This document shows positions 1-10,131 of a stretch of DNA of 44,672 nucleotides, one piece after another. The stretch's first letter is position 1; every line of letters starts with the position of its first letter. The position numbers were made by a program, and so were the translations under genes. The stretch spans positions 1-44,672 of the forward strand of contig JBBIPG010000014.1 in the NCBI GenBank assembly GCA_037442925.1, written 5' to 3'. Source of the stretch: Candidatus Fraserbacteria bacterium (GTDB taxonomy: Bacteria; Bipolaricaulota; Bipolaricaulia; RBG-16-55-9). The notes under the pieces are model-generated. The model was not told where the DNA came from and searched no databases. It was given only the letters and a program-made list of their open reading frames with translations.

Positions 1-202
1 AAAGGATAGGGAACTCGGGGTCCAACGCTATGATGTGTCCGTAGTTGAGGGACGGATGGAAGGATGACTTGAGTTTTCTAACCGCTAGAGTACCTAGCGG
101 ACTTGACAACCATTTTCATGGAAGGAGAAATCATCGCGACCCTCTGCACTCAACTTGGCTGTTAAGAATAGCCTGTCCTGATATGAGCGTTCCTCAGCTC
201 GC

Positions 203-3200
203 TCAAGAAGCGGAATCGGCTTTGCCATAGACCCACGCCTTGAAACGCGCGTCTTGACGAAGGAGGTCAAAGGCAGGGGTGTAGGCTGGACCGGATTTAA
301 GGTATTCAATGTGCCGTTCCTTGAGGTAGGGGAGCCCCCGCTCCAACCAACGGATGGCTTTATCGACCTCATTCAGACAAAGGTAGGATAAGATAATAGT
401 CTGATACATAGAGCCGTCCTCATGAGCCAAATCCAACGCTTGAGAGAAGAATTGTTCAGCTTGTTTACGTGAACTCTTGTAGTCATATATGCACCCTAGC
501 ATACCGTAGGAATTGGCGATGTAATGTGAGTCTGCAATAAGTGTACTGCTCTCAAGCTGCTTATCCGCATAGTGGAGGGCTTGGTCAAGCTCCCCCTTTC
601 TCATATAAGCATAAGTCAATCGGTTGTAAATCACGGTGATATGGGTGAGATTGGCTAATCGCTCATTGGCCTGGAGTGATCTATTCCAGGCTTCAATAGC
701 CCGATCTACTTGTCCCCCGTTATAGTAAGCAACTCCCAAGCTGAAGAAAGTGCTGCCAATCGAATGAGAATCGTTCGTCGTTTCCGTCAAACTCGCAGCT
801 TTAGCAAGATGCTCAACGGCCTTGTCGTAGTCTCCTTTGCCGGTATGGGCGTGCCCCAAAGTTGAAAGTATGAGCGCTTTCAGCGCATCATTAGGGGTTC
901 TCTCCAAGATCACTAGCGCGTGATTGCAATACCGAATCGCCTCATCGTATCGAAGGAGCCAATTGAGGCAACTACCGGCAGCGTCATAGATCTTCACTGC
1001 CGCTAGCGATTCTCTCTTCGGGCCCAGTTCCTCTAATGCTTTATTACAGTATGAGAGTGCCGTCTCAAACTCACGCTTGTAGTGATAGACGTTGGCAATC
1101 GCGCAATAAATGTCCGCCCGTTCCTCAGGGTCTTTGCAAAGCTCTAGCGCTTTCATGCTGTACTGCAAGCCCTCATCATGTTTATCCGTGAAACAACAGA
1201 CTTCCCCAAGGCCCTTGTAGACTTTCATCCGTCTCTGCTCGTCATCCAGGCGCTCGGCCAGCTCCAAAGCCCGACGATAGAAATGCAACGCTTCCTCTTT
1301 GGCATAGCTCTTAGACCAGACTCGTCTGCCAGCAAGCAGCGAGTAATCGAGTGCCTTGGACCACTCGCCTGCTTCGTAGAAGTGGTGAGCCATCTCCCCG
1401 AGGAAGGCCTCCATGTCCGAGGAGTGCAAGAGCAAGCGCTCTAGGGCATTGCCCACCTTGAGATGCAGCTGGCGTCGGCGCTCCGGGAGCAAGCCTTCAT
1501 AGATCACCTCTCGTATCAAGTCGTGCCGGAACTCGTAATGGCTTTCTTTCTCCACCATGAAATGGGTCTTGAGTAACTCTTCTAGACTTGCGATCAGATC
1601 CTCTTTTCGCCGCCCCACAGCCTCCTCGAGGAAGCCCGTATCGAAGGCGCGAGTCCGGGTTGAAACCAGATCCAGCAAGTCCCGGCTTGACCGTCGGAGG
1701 CGGCGAAGCCGCGTGAGCACCACAGCCTTCACCGTCTGCGGCACATGCTCCGCCCCAAGTTTCTCCGGCTCAATCTGCCATGCCCCCTCTTGGTCCAAAT
1801 ACAGCGTGCCGGATTCAATGAGAGATTTCATGAGTTCCAGAGCAAAAAACGCATTACCTTGAGATCTCTTATGGAGTTGTTGAGCCAGCTCTCGAGGTCC
1901 TGCGTCCACTTTGAGCATCCCGCTCACCAGTTGGCCCACTTCCTCATCACTGAAGGTCTTTAGCTCTAGTGTCCCGACCGATTCCTCCTGGAGCGGCCCA
2001 TGAATCAGCTCCCAGAGTAGATGCCCCTCATCCACCTCTTCCGCTCGGTATAGACCTAACAAGAGAATCTTCTCTTTACTCAGTTTGCGCATGAAGTAAT
2101 GGACGTACTGGAGTGTCGCGTCAGCGGCCCACTGCAAGTCATCTAAGACGAGTACGAGTGGTTTCTCTTGTGAGATGGCAACAAAGACTTGGCTAAGTGC
2201 CTCAAATAGGCGATTTCGCTCCTGCTCCGGCGACAGGAGCGGAGCCGAGGGTTTTACGTCGGGAAATCTCGCCATCAGCTCCGGGATCAGCTTCATCGCT
2301 TCGCTCAGCCATACGGGGGAGATGCTGTTCACAACGTCCAGCGGAGCTTGAGAGAAAGCTTGCCGTAGGATCTCAATCCAGGGTTGATAAGGCAATCGAC
2401 CCTCGACTTCGTAACAGCGCCCCGCCAGAGATAGGCTTCCTTGGCCGGTCACATATTGGATAAACTCTTGGGCCAGCCGCGTCTTGCCCACTCCCGCTTC
2501 GCCTCCCATAAAGAATGCCTGCCCCTCTCCCCGAACGGCAGCCTCCCAGGCAAGTGTAAGGTGCTCACATTCGCTCTCTCGCCCTACAAACGGCGCTCCC
2601 AGTTCCGGATAACGCTGGATCAATTCGCGCCTTCGCCTGGCCAACTCCCTGAACCGTGCCGCACTGGCCTGCTCTTCGATCTCGCGGAAGAGATCCTGCG
2701 TCTCCGGCAGAGGTTCTACGCCTAGCTCGTCTTTGAGGACTCGCTCACACGTGCGATACTGCTGGAGGGCAGCGTTGCGGTCCCCTATGGCATGGTACAG
2801 GTACATCAGCTGGCGGTGGATCTCTTCTTGCAAGGGGTTCTCAGACAGAATGAGCTTGGCATGGGAGATCGCCTGTTCATACTCCTTGAGCTCGGCATGG
2901 TGCACAACCAACTCTTGCAGGGCTTTTAGATACAGATTCTTGAGGTAATCTCGTTCTTCCAGGCACCAGTCGTCGTAGCAGCCTTCGAGAAAATCACCGC
3001 GATAGAGTGCGACAGCTTCTCTCAACAGTCGAATACGCTCGTCGCCTTTACAGTCTTCCGCTCCATTGATTCGCTGCTCGAACTCGTGAGCATCCACCCA
3101 ACAGGGAGCTTTGGGATTGAACTGAGCTGAAGTGCGGTTGAGCAGCAGAATCTCTCCCTTACAGCTTTCAAATGACCCCAGGGCTTTGTGCAAATCATGA

Positions 3201-3403
3201 AGAGCGTGTCGCAGGCTGAGGCGGGACTTCTCTTCGCTCGACTCGGACCAGAAGAGCCCGGCCAATCTCTCGCGAGCTTGCGGCTGGTCGCGGTGGAGCC
3301 ACAGATAAGCCAATAACTGCTCCACCTTGCGGGTGGCCAAGGCCACCGGCCGACCCTGTGGGTCAAAGATCTCGGGCTTGCCGAAGAGATGTATGCGTAA
3401 CAT
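203..3403 (-). CDS. SARP/BTAD-family transcriptional regulator with AAA ATPase and C-terminal TPR repeats
   Basis: N-terminal MLRIHLFG...LLAYLWL winged helix, BTAD domain (YRGDFLEG...NPLQEEIHRQLM), Walker A GEAGVGKT, Walker B LVLDDLQWAD, TPR-like C-terminus. Confidence 0.9.
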   Translation of the reverse strand: MLRIHLFGKPEIFDPQGRPVALATRKVEQLLAYLWLHRDQPQARERLAGLFWSESSEEKSRLSLRHALHDLHKALGSFESCKGEILLLNRTSAQFNPKAPCWVDAHEFEQRINGAEDCKGDERIRLLREAVALYRGDFLEGCYDDWCLEERDYLKNLYLKALQELVVHHAELKEYEQAISHAKLILSENPLQEEIHRQLMYLYHAIGDRNAALQQYRTCERVLKDELGVEPLPETQDLFREIEEQASAARFRELARRRRELIQRYPELGAPFVGRESECEHLTLAWEAAVRGEGQAFFMGGEAGVGKTRLAQEFIQYVTGQGSLSLAGRCYEVEGRLPYQPWIEILRQAFSQAPLDVVNSISPVWLSEAMKLIPELMARFPDVKPSAPLLSPEQERNRLFEALSQVFVAISQEKPLVLVLDDLQWAADATLQYVHYFMRKLSKEKILLLGLYRAEEVDEGHLLWELIHGPLQEESVGTLELKTFSDEEVGQLVSGMLKVDAGPRELAQQLHKRSQGNAFFALELMKSLIESGTLYLDQEGAWQIEPEKLGAEHVPQTVKAVVLTRLRRLRRSSRDLLDLVSTRTRAFDTGFLEEAVGRRKEDLIASLEELLKTHFMVEKESHYEFRHDLIREVIYEGLLPERRRQLHLKVGNALERLLLHSSDMEAFLGEMAHHFYEAGEWSKALDYSLLAGRRVWSKSYAKEEALHFYRRALELAERLDDEQRRMKVYKGLGEVCCFTDKHDEGLQYSMKALELCKDPEERADIYCAIANVYHYKREFETALSYCNKALEELGPKRESLAAVKIYDAAGSCLNWLLRYDEAIRYCNHALVILERTPNDALKALILSTLGHAHTGKGDYDKAVEHLAKAASLTETTNDSHSIGSTFFSLGVAYYNGGQVDRAIEAWNRSLQANERLANLTHITVIYNRLTYAYMRKGELDQALHYADKQLESSTLIADSHYIANSYGMLGCIYDYKSSRKQAEQFFSQALDLAHEDGSMYQTIILSYLCLNEVDKAIRWLERGLPYLKERHIEYLKSGPAYTPAFDLLRQDARFKAWVYGKADSAS

Positions 3404-3471
3404 GCGCCTGCCCTTTTCCGTCGATTTTTATTATAGCACGCGCGTCGATCAGCGGATAGGAAGCAAAGCTG

Positions 3472-3500
3472 TTGGCGGACTCAGCCAAATATGGTAGTTT
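3472..3500 (+). promoter_or_regulatory. sigma70 promoter for priA, probably leaderless
   Basis: TTGGCG-17 nt-TAGTTT with extended TG; GTG start 6 nt after the -10 box, no SD. Confidence 0.55.
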
Positions 3501-3506
3501 GAAGGC

Positions 3507-5699
3507 GTGGAGAAGCGCATCGCCGAAGTGGCCGTCCCTCGCGATATTGATCGGGTCTTCGATTATCTCATTCCTGAAAACTTGCAAGAGCAAGCGGACA
3601 TTGGGATGCGGGTTCGGGTTCCCTTTCGCGCCGAAACGCTCACCGGGTTTATAACAACTATCAAGCCCGAGACTTCTTACGCAGGGAAACTGCAAGAGCT
3701 AAGCGCCCTTCTCGATCCCTATCCCGTTGTGGATGAGATCCATATGCGCCTCGCGCATTGGATCAGCGAACGCTATCTATGCCCTCTGGGACTGGTCTTG
3801 CAAGCGATGGTCCCTTCGCTCTTGAGGGCTCGAACTCCGCGCGTCCGCGCCTACGTGCACCTTAAGACCAGCTTGGCAGAGACGCTTCGCTGGATTGACA
3901 TGCTATCCACGACAGCTCCTCAACAAGCGGCGCTCCTCCAAGCACTCCTCGCTCAGGGCCCCGAACCCGCTATGAATGAATTACTCGAACGCGTGGGTTG
4001 CTCCACGGCTCCGCTGCAGTCCCTGGTGGAACGGGAGTTGATCGCCATCGAGAGACGCCCTGTAGCTCCAGCGCGCATCTCTTCGGAGTTTCATGAGGAC
4101 GCTATGGAGATCTCCCTCACCGCGGCGCAGCAGATCTGTCTCGAAGAGATCCGTGTGGGTCTTAGGCGTGGGAGCGGAAGATACTTGCTCCACGGGGTCA
4201 ACGCCAGCGGGAAGACAGAGATCTATCTCCAAAGCGTTCAACAAGCGCTGGAGCTGGGCAAGCAGGCTATTGTGATCGTGCCAGAGATCTCACTGACCCC
4301 ACAGCTGATTGCACGCTTTCGCTCGCGATTTCAAGAGAAGATCGCCGTCTATCATAGCCAACTCACGGAATCCCAACGGGCACGCGAGTGGCAACGACTC
4401 AAAGAGGGAGAAGCCCAAGTCGCCATCGGCGTGCGCTCTGCCATCTTCGCCCCGCTGGATCGCCTGGGGCTCATTGTCGTCGATGAGGAACACGAACCCA
4501 CATTCAAGCAGGACGATCCGGCACCACGCTATCACGCTCGAGATGTGGCCTTTAGACGGGCAGAGTTGTCTTCGGCCGTCGTAGTGTTGGGGAGTGCTAC
4601 TCCATCCATAGAGAGCTACTGGCGGGCCCGGCGAGGGGGGCTTCAGCTGTTGGAGCTTACGGAACGCGTGGTGAGTGGAGCGGCTCCGGAGACGACTGTT
4701 GTGGATCTACGGGGTGAGGATGTCTTGCTAAGCCCCGTACTCAAACAGAGAATCGCACGGCGTTTGAGGTCTGGTGAACAGGCTCTATTGCTACTCAATC
4801 TGCGCGGTTTCGCGCGTTGTGCGCTCTGCCGGGCTTGTCGTGCCACTCAGAAGTGCCCGCGATGCCAGATCGCTCTTGTGTATCATCTCAAAGAACAACG
4901 GTTGCGATGCCATTATTGCGGTCATACGTATCCCGTCAGTCGGTGTCGTTCTTGTGGTTCCGCAGATCTACGATTCATCGGCGCTGGAACGGAGCAAGCG
5001 GAGCTCGTGCTGCGTGAGACGTTTCCGGGGGCGACAATCGCCCGCATGGATTCGGACGTCGTGCATCGTGGTGAACATGGAGCCATACTCGAGCAGTTTC
5101 GTCGTGAGAAGATTCATATTCTTCTGGGCACACAAATGATTGGTTTGGGACTCGATTTCCCCAACGTGACGCTCGTGGGAGTTCTGTCGGCGGACACGCT
5201 GCTGGATCTGCCAGATTTTCGGGCGGGGGAGCGGACGTTTCAACTCATCAGTCAAGCTGTAGGCCGGGCCGGGCGTGGAGAGAAGCCAGGCGAAGTCATC
5301 ATCCAGACGAACCATCCAGAACACTACGCCATCGCCCAAGCCGCTCAGCAAGACTATCAGGCTTTTTATGACGAAGAACTGATCTTCCGCAAGACGCTCA
5401 ATTACCCACCCTTCTCGCATCTGATCAAACTCACCTGTGAAGATCGAAAGGAGGAACAGGCTCAGCAGAATGCCGGGTCGCTCGGCCAAGCCTTGCTGGC
5501 CTCTCCTGTGAAGGGTCTCGAAGTGCTCGGACCTTTTAAGGCCTTCCCGTATCGCGTGCGGGGGAGTTTCCGTTGGCAATTGGTTCTCAAAACGAAAGAT
5601 GTGCTAGCTGCCAACGCTTTAGTGCGCGAGATGGTGCAAAGCACAAGGCTCTCAGGACAAATCAAAGCCGATGTGGACCCACAGAGTTTACTGGTATAA
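3507..5699 (+). CDS. priA: Primosomal protein N' (replication restart helicase)
   Basis: N-terminal FDYLIP...GMRVRVPF, GVNASGKTE, VPEISLTPQ, DEEH, four CxxC Zn knuckles, QAVGRAGR, C-terminal DVDP. Confidence 0.97.
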   Translation: MEKRIAEVAVPRDIDRVFDYLIPENLQEQADIGMRVRVPFRAETLTGFITTIKPETSYAGKLQELSALLDPYPVVDEIHMRLAHWISERYLCPLGLVLQAMVPSLLRARTPRVRAYVHLKTSLAETLRWIDMLSTTAPQQAALLQALLAQGPEPAMNELLERVGCSTAPLQSLVERELIAIERRPVAPARISSEFHEDAMEISLTAAQQICLEEIRVGLRRGSGRYLLHGVNASGKTEIYLQSVQQALELGKQAIVIVPEISLTPQLIARFRSRFQEKIAVYHSQLTESQRAREWQRLKEGEAQVAIGVRSAIFAPLDRLGLIVVDEEHEPTFKQDDPAPRYHARDVAFRRAELSSAVVVLGSATPSIESYWRARRGGLQLLELTERVVSGAAPETTVVDLRGEDVLLSPVLKQRIARRLRSGEQALLLLNLRGFARCALCRACRATQKCPRCQIALVYHLKEQRLRCHYCGHTYPVSRCRSCGSADLRFIGAGTEQAELVLRETFPGATIARMDSDVVHRGEHGAILEQFRREKIHILLGTQMIGLGLDFPNVTLVGVLSADTLLDLPDFRAGERTFQLISQAVGRAGRGEKPGEVIIQTNHPEHYAIAQAAQQDYQAFYDEELIFRKTLNYPPFSHLIKLTCEDRKEEQAQQNAGSLGQALLASPVKGLEVLGPFKAFPYRVRGSFRWQLVLKTKDVLAANALVREMVQSTRLSGQIKADVDPQSLLV

Positions 5700-5758
5700 G
5701 TCCACTCATCCTCACCACACATTCATCTGAGCCTCAAGGATTCGAGCACAACTCGTTA

Positions 5759-5788
5759 TTGAACCTTCCGGCAGATGTCGTCATTCAC
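5759..5788 (+). promoter_or_regulatory. ECF sigma-type promoter, copy 1
   Basis: TTGAACC-N14-GTCATTCAC; the same motif with the same spacing lies at 6137-6166. Confidence 0.7.
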
Positions 5789-5814
5789 TAGGGCGAAGCG
5801 AGGAGGGTCCTACA

Positions 5815-6030
5815 GTGGCACACAGGGCACAGATGACTATTGAGGAACGGTTACAGCTGAGGAGAGATCAGGCGCTCAGCCGGTGGCTTGCAGGTCAGGC
5901 CGGTGGTGTGATGCGACCTGCACCGGCTCGACTCGCAAGAGAGCGGACCTCCAAAGTGCGGGTGTTTATGATGATGGTCCTCGCGATGGTGCTGGCGGCG
6001 ATGACAGGTCATTCTGCAGCGAAACCCTAG
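5815..6030 (+). CDS. Small protein with a C-terminal hydrophobic helix
   Basis: AGGAGG RBS before GTG, ECF-type promoter upstream, strong hairpin downstream, hydrophobic tail VFMMMVLAMVLAAM. Confidence 0.6.
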   Translation: MAHRAQMTIEERLQLRRDQALSRWLAGQAGGVMRPAPARLARERTSKVRVFMMMVLAMVLAAMTGHSAAKP

Positions 6031-6042
6031 AGCTGGCCTCCA

Positions 6043-6088
6043 AGGAGGGAGAGGGCACCACCCCCTAGAGGTAAGCCCTCTCTCTCCT
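6043..6088 (+). terminator. Stem-loop downstream of the small ORF
   Basis: AGGAGGGAGAGGGC ... GCCCTCTCTCTCCT 14-bp stem with one G-U pair; no clear U tract. Confidence 0.5.
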
Positions 6089-6136
6089 TACCCAGTCCAC
6101 CAACGGCTAAAATATGAATTGAGCAAGTTGAACCCA

Positions 6137-6166
6137 TTGAACCCATTGTCACATTCAGTCATTCAC
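6137..6166 (+). promoter_or_regulatory. ECF sigma-type promoter, copy 2 (autoregulatory)
   Basis: TTGAACC-N14-GTCATTCAC just upstream of the ECF sigma gene; the -35 element is tandemly duplicated (TTGAACCCA x2 at 6128-6145). Confidence 0.7.
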
Positions 6167-6189
6167 CAAAGTGAGGAGGCCCGGAGGGG

Positions 6190-6780
6190 ATGGACCCGGA
6201 GGTCCGGCTGATGGAAGGAGTGGCCGAGCGAAATGAAAGGGATTTTGCGGAGCTCTTCCGTCGCTATCAAGCTCGATTGGGCTCGTTCTTCTTGCAGCGG
6301 ACAAGAGACCCTCATGCGGCGGAGGAGTTGGTGCAGGAGACCATGATGGTCGTCTGGGAGCGCGCAACCAGTTTCGATCAGACATGCCGCCCGTCGAGCT
6401 GGATCTTCGGAATCGGCTATCGCAAGTATCTGGAATGGCAGCGAAAGAACTCGAAAGCGAGCCAACTCTACGAGAGCGAGACAGAACATGATCCCGAAGA
6501 ATTGCCACGCAGCTTGCACGATGAAGTCGGCGAGCAGATTGGGCGTGAGAGACTGAGCGAGATCGTGCGTCAAGCCCTAAGAGAACTCTCGGAAGAGCAT
6601 CGAGCCGTGATTGATCTCACGTTTCAGCAAGGGCTCTCGTATGGGGAAATCGCCCAGATTCTGGGAATCCAGCCGGGCACAGTGAAGAGCCGCATGTTCT
6701 ACGCCAAAGAACAACTGAAAGAGATTCTCATCCGTCAAGGGATGAAAGGAGATGAGTTATGGCAGATCTCCAAGATGTAA
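6190..6780 (+). CDS. ECF RNA polymerase sigma-70 factor
   Basis: Region 2 AEELVQET...SSWIFGI; region 4 GLSYGEIAQILGIQPGTVKSRMFYAK. Confidence 0.95.
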   Translation: MDPEVRLMEGVAERNERDFAELFRRYQARLGSFFLQRTRDPHAAEELVQETMMVVWERATSFDQTCRPSSWIFGIGYRKYLEWQRKNSKASQLYESETEHDPEELPRSLHDEVGEQIGRERLSEIVRQALRELSEEHRAVIDLTFQQGLSYGEIAQILGIQPGTVKSRMFYAKEQLKEILIRQGMKGDELWQISKM

Positions 6781-7919
6781 AGCATCGTGAGATCCTTGAG
6801 CTTTTGCCGTGGTATGTGAATAAGACTTTGCATCCCGAAGAGAGCCAGCAAGTTGAGAGACATCTTCGGAGCTGTTCAGAATGCCAGCGGCAGCTAGAGG
6901 AACTCATGGGCCTACAGAAGGCGGTCGCTGTAGCGACGCCGCAGTTCTCATCGGAAACGCTCCTCAGAGGGACGCTACGAAAGATCCGCGCGTCTCGTGA
7001 ACAGCTAGTCCAAGAGCAGGATCGTTGGTGGAAACCGTGGAGAGGAACACTGCGACCGCGCTGGGCGCTTGGGCTGGCCGTCTTTGCCTTCGCGTTTCTG
7101 GGATTGGGAGCGTTCGTGGGCTTCCAGTTTGGCGTGAACCGTGTGATCGGAGGAGCACCCGCAGCCGGACAGAAAGCAGCTCATACGACTGAGCAATACT
7201 TTGCATTCCCGCGACAGATCGAACTCCAGGGAACGTTCACCATGCAGATCGGGAGCCGCCAGCTGGAGCAAGAATCGTTCACACTAGAGATATTGGAAGA
7301 CGGAAGACGGCTTTTCACTTCCAACATTCAAGCAAATGAGCTGGCTGCCACACAACGACTCCAGCTGGCATCGGATCTGCGCCCCATCTCGTATAGTCTT
7401 CAGGGGCCGTTGGTCTATCGTGGCATTCGGGCGGAAGCCAGTTTTTCAGACGCGCAAGCGACTCTCTCGGTGTGCTGCACGGTTGGGGCTTCCGGCCAAG
7501 AGATCGCGCGCAGAATCGTACAACTGGAAGACTTCCCTGTGCTCTACGACTTCAGCGTGATGAGCCACTTCGCGCTGCTCCATCGCGTCATCACCGAGCA
7601 GCTCACGCAAGGCGTATCGACGCAAGCTTTGAGATTCTCAGCTCTGACACCGCAGGCGCTGCGGGTGGAGCCCCTCTGGGTGGAAGGCATCCAGCCTGCC
7701 ACACTCACAAGCCAGGGGAAGACACTTCACGTGACAAAGTACACACTGGCCATTGGCGAGAAGGCAAACCCACTGAGGATTGAGCTTTATGCTCCTGAGA
7801 ACGAAGAGCTTCTGGCTATCTACATCCCCACGCAGCCTAGACTCGCTTCTTCTTCCGCCATCTTCGCCTATAGGAGTGATCTCTACCCTCAAGGGCTCGA
7901 TATGCCTCAGGCGCCATAA
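6759..7919 (+). CDS. Zinc-finger (ZAS/zf-HC2) membrane anti-sigma factor with extracytoplasmic domain
   Basis: ELLPWYV...HLRSCSEC (HxxxCxxC), one TM helix, overlaps the sigma gene. Confidence 0.9.
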   Translation: MADLQDVKHREILELLPWYVNKTLHPEESQQVERHLRSCSECQRQLEELMGLQKAVAVATPQFSSETLLRGTLRKIRASREQLVQEQDRWWKPWRGTLRPRWALGLAVFAFAFLGLGAFVGFQFGVNRVIGGAPAAGQKAAHTTEQYFAFPRQIELQGTFTMQIGSRQLEQESFTLEILEDGRRLFTSNIQANELAATQRLQLASDLRPISYSLQGPLVYRGIRAEASFSDAQATLSVCCTVGASGQEIARRIVQLEDFPVLYDFSVMSHFALLHRVITEQLTQGVSTQALRFSALTPQALRVEPLWVEGIQPATLTSQGKTLHVTKYTLAIGEKANPLRIELYAPENEELLAIYIPTQPRLASSSAIFAYRSDLYPQGLDMPQAP

Positions 7920-7934
7920 GCAAGAGGGAGAACT

Positions 7935-9032
7935 ATGCCATTTCGACTTTCATGCGTGAATCACTTTGGGCGCTGGCTCGGGATTCTGAGCGGCAGCGTA
8001 CTCGTACTCATGATCTCCGCCGGCTGTGGTCTGACAAACATCTCTTTCGGCTTAAAAATAGACCTGGAGCACTATGACGCCAGCGAAACGATCACGCAAG
8101 AGATCCCGTATTCCGGTCAGCGCATCGTTCTAGAAAATTTGCTGGGGAAGATCTCGGTGGAAGGAATAGAGACGGCTGTGCGCCCCTTCATCCGCGTGGA
8201 AGCCGTCAAGAAGGCTCGAGGTCTTAAGCTAGAAGAAGTGCAGATCCACGTTGTGCAAGATTCAGGAGGGATTCACATTCAGTCGGACCTACCCAGCCAA
8301 GTGCGCCGAAACCTGAAGCTCTTTCCGCCGCGCATCGAAGAGGAGGTCGGCTGGGTGGAGTTCACACTGAAGGTCCCTCAAGATGCGCGTCTCAGCTTGG
8401 ATGAGCGAGCAGGCACGATCCAGATCTCCGGGTTCCGAGGGGAGCTGGAAGCCTCTACACAATACGGAGATGTCTCCGTAGAGGATTCCACGGCCACCGT
8501 TCTTTCGCTCCTCTCTCAAATGGGCGGCGTCCGCGTGAGTAGCACTTCGGCCAACGAGCTTGTGGTGAACACGCAGTTTGGCGATCTTGAACTGGACAAC
8601 GTGACGTTTACTTCCGCTCGCCTCTCGGTAGAAGCTGGGAGTGTGACAGTTACCGCAAGCCAAGGCGAGGGACTGACAGCTTCTGCGCAGGCCGGGTCCA
8701 TTTCCATCTCGAAATCGCAGCTACAGAGCGTGGATCTAGAGACTCAAGCCGGGTCCATTGAGCTGGCCCTCACAGGGCTTCAGGAAGGCCGAGTCGACAC
8801 GCAACTGGGGGGGATCACCGTGGAGCTTCCCCGCTTGGCTTCTCTCAGCATTGAGGCCGAGACGCAGCTGGGTGGGATCAAGCTCCGGGGCTTGGAGCTG
8901 GATAGCGGCGTGCAAGCGCAGTGGGGTGGCTCCTGGCCAGGCGAGACCCTTACGATCCGCCTAGGCAACGCCCAGAGCAAGTTGGAGCTCAGCACTCAGT
9001 TGGGGGGAATCGAGGTTACGTTTGTAAAGTAG
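7935..9032 (+). CDS. DUF4097/adhesin-like beta-repeat lipoprotein
   Basis: Lipobox ISAG-C; repeated T-Q-x-G-x-I/V beta motifs. Confidence 0.8.
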   Translation: MPFRLSCVNHFGRWLGILSGSVLVLMISAGCGLTNISFGLKIDLEHYDASETITQEIPYSGQRIVLENLLGKISVEGIETAVRPFIRVEAVKKARGLKLEEVQIHVVQDSGGIHIQSDLPSQVRRNLKLFPPRIEEEVGWVEFTLKVPQDARLSLDERAGTIQISGFRGELEASTQYGDVSVEDSTATVLSLLSQMGGVRVSSTSANELVVNTQFGDLELDNVTFTSARLSVEAGSVTVTASQGEGLTASAQAGSISISKSQLQSVDLETQAGSIELALTGLQEGRVDTQLGGITVELPRLASLSIEAETQLGGIKLRGLELDSGVQAQWGGSWPGETLTIRLGNAQSKLELSTQLGGIEVTFVK

Positions 9033-9068
9033 AGACATATAACATAACATAAGGAGAGTGGTCTCATC

Positions 9069-9764
9069 ATGAAGCGGGCGCTAGGGGTAGTGACAATGCT
9101 ATGTCTTACATTTCTTGGTGTAGCTCCGTGGGCTGTGGCGGGCGACGGAGCCTTCTCCGGGGGTGGTGGGCCCCTTGTGGTGGGGGCATTGTTGGATTTA
9201 CGTGAGCTGGAGCGGAGTCTCCAAGGCATCGTCGAGATTCAAGGGGATTTTGATCTGGGCGATCAGTCGCTCTTTTTGCTGCGAGGAGGTGGCGGGTTCG
9301 GAGGTCCAGAGTTGCGATTGGGGGGATTGGGCCTGGAAGGCGAGTGGAGTTTTGCGGTGATGGGGAACTCGGAATTTAGCCGACTGACGCTGAAACTGGG
9401 TGGAGGCGGGTTTCTCATGGATCGGCTCATCGTGGACACCGATCAAGGGGGTGTTTCGCTGGGCGCGGTGATCGGGGGTGGGGAGTGGACAGTGCGACTG
9501 AGTAAGAACGCTCAAGGGAGTTTCAGCGAGATCGTTCGCCAACCGGTGAGCTTGGAGATGCATCGCTCCTTCTGGTTTGCCTCTCCCTATGTCAGTGCGG
9601 AGTTTCGCATCTTTGATTTCGTGGGTCTACGAGCCTCAGCCGGGTATTGGGTGACACTCAGCTTTGAGGATTGGAAAGTGCAAGATGGTCCGGTGGCGGT
9701 TGGAGGCCCATTGCGGAATGTGGGGTTTCCCTTCCTCCAATTGATGCTTGTCTTTGGAGGATAG
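9069..9764 (+). CDS. Exported protein, probable outer-membrane beta-barrel
   Basis: Signal peptide, Gly/aromatic alternating beta strands, C-terminal LQLMLVFGG. Confidence 0.6.
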   Translation: MKRALGVVTMLCLTFLGVAPWAVAGDGAFSGGGGPLVVGALLDLRELERSLQGIVEIQGDFDLGDQSLFLLRGGGGFGGPELRLGGLGLEGEWSFAVMGNSEFSRLTLKLGGGGFLMDRLIVDTDQGGVSLGAVIGGGEWTVRLSKNAQGSFSEIVRQPVSLEMHRSFWFASPYVSAEFRIFDFVGLRASAGYWVTLSFEDWKVQDGPVAVGGPLRNVGFPFLQLMLVFGG

Positions 9765-9836
9765 CCTCCGCTCGGCAATCGTTCACTGGCTTCGCGAACG
9801 GTTTCCTGCTACCATGCGAAGTGAAAGGGGGTTGGG

Positions 9837-10040
9837 TTGGAAGGAATACCTCTGGTGTATGCGTTGATGGGGATTCTAGAACTCCTGCTGATCGTCGCTA
9901 TCGTCTTCTTATTCTTCGGCGGCAGTAAGCTTCCAGGGCTCGCTCGCGCTTTGGGCGGCGCGGTCCGAGCGTTCCGAAGCGGGTCTAAGGAGATGCCGGA
10001 AGGGCAGAAGGAGAAGGTGGGGGAAAAAGGCAGCGGGTGA
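9837..10040 (+). CDS. tatA: Twin-arginine translocase TatA/E subunit (start may be the ATG at 9867)
   Basis: ELLLIVAIVFLFFGGSKLPGLARALG TatA signature. Confidence 0.88.
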   Translation: MEGIPLVYALMGILELLLIVAIVFLFFGGSKLPGLARALGGAVRAFRSGSKEMPEGQKEKVGEKGSG

Positions 10041-10131
10041 AGCGTTCACTTCTTCGTTCTTTCACCCAGAAAACCCCTCTACGCCCGCGAGCTACATCAT
10101 CTCTGACTCTTGTTTTCAAGGAGGGATCGGT

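Noticed and set aside
1..202. Possible gene end (frame 2 to the stop at 67) and the 61-aa ORF at 45-230
   Set aside because: No recognisable motifs and too little context
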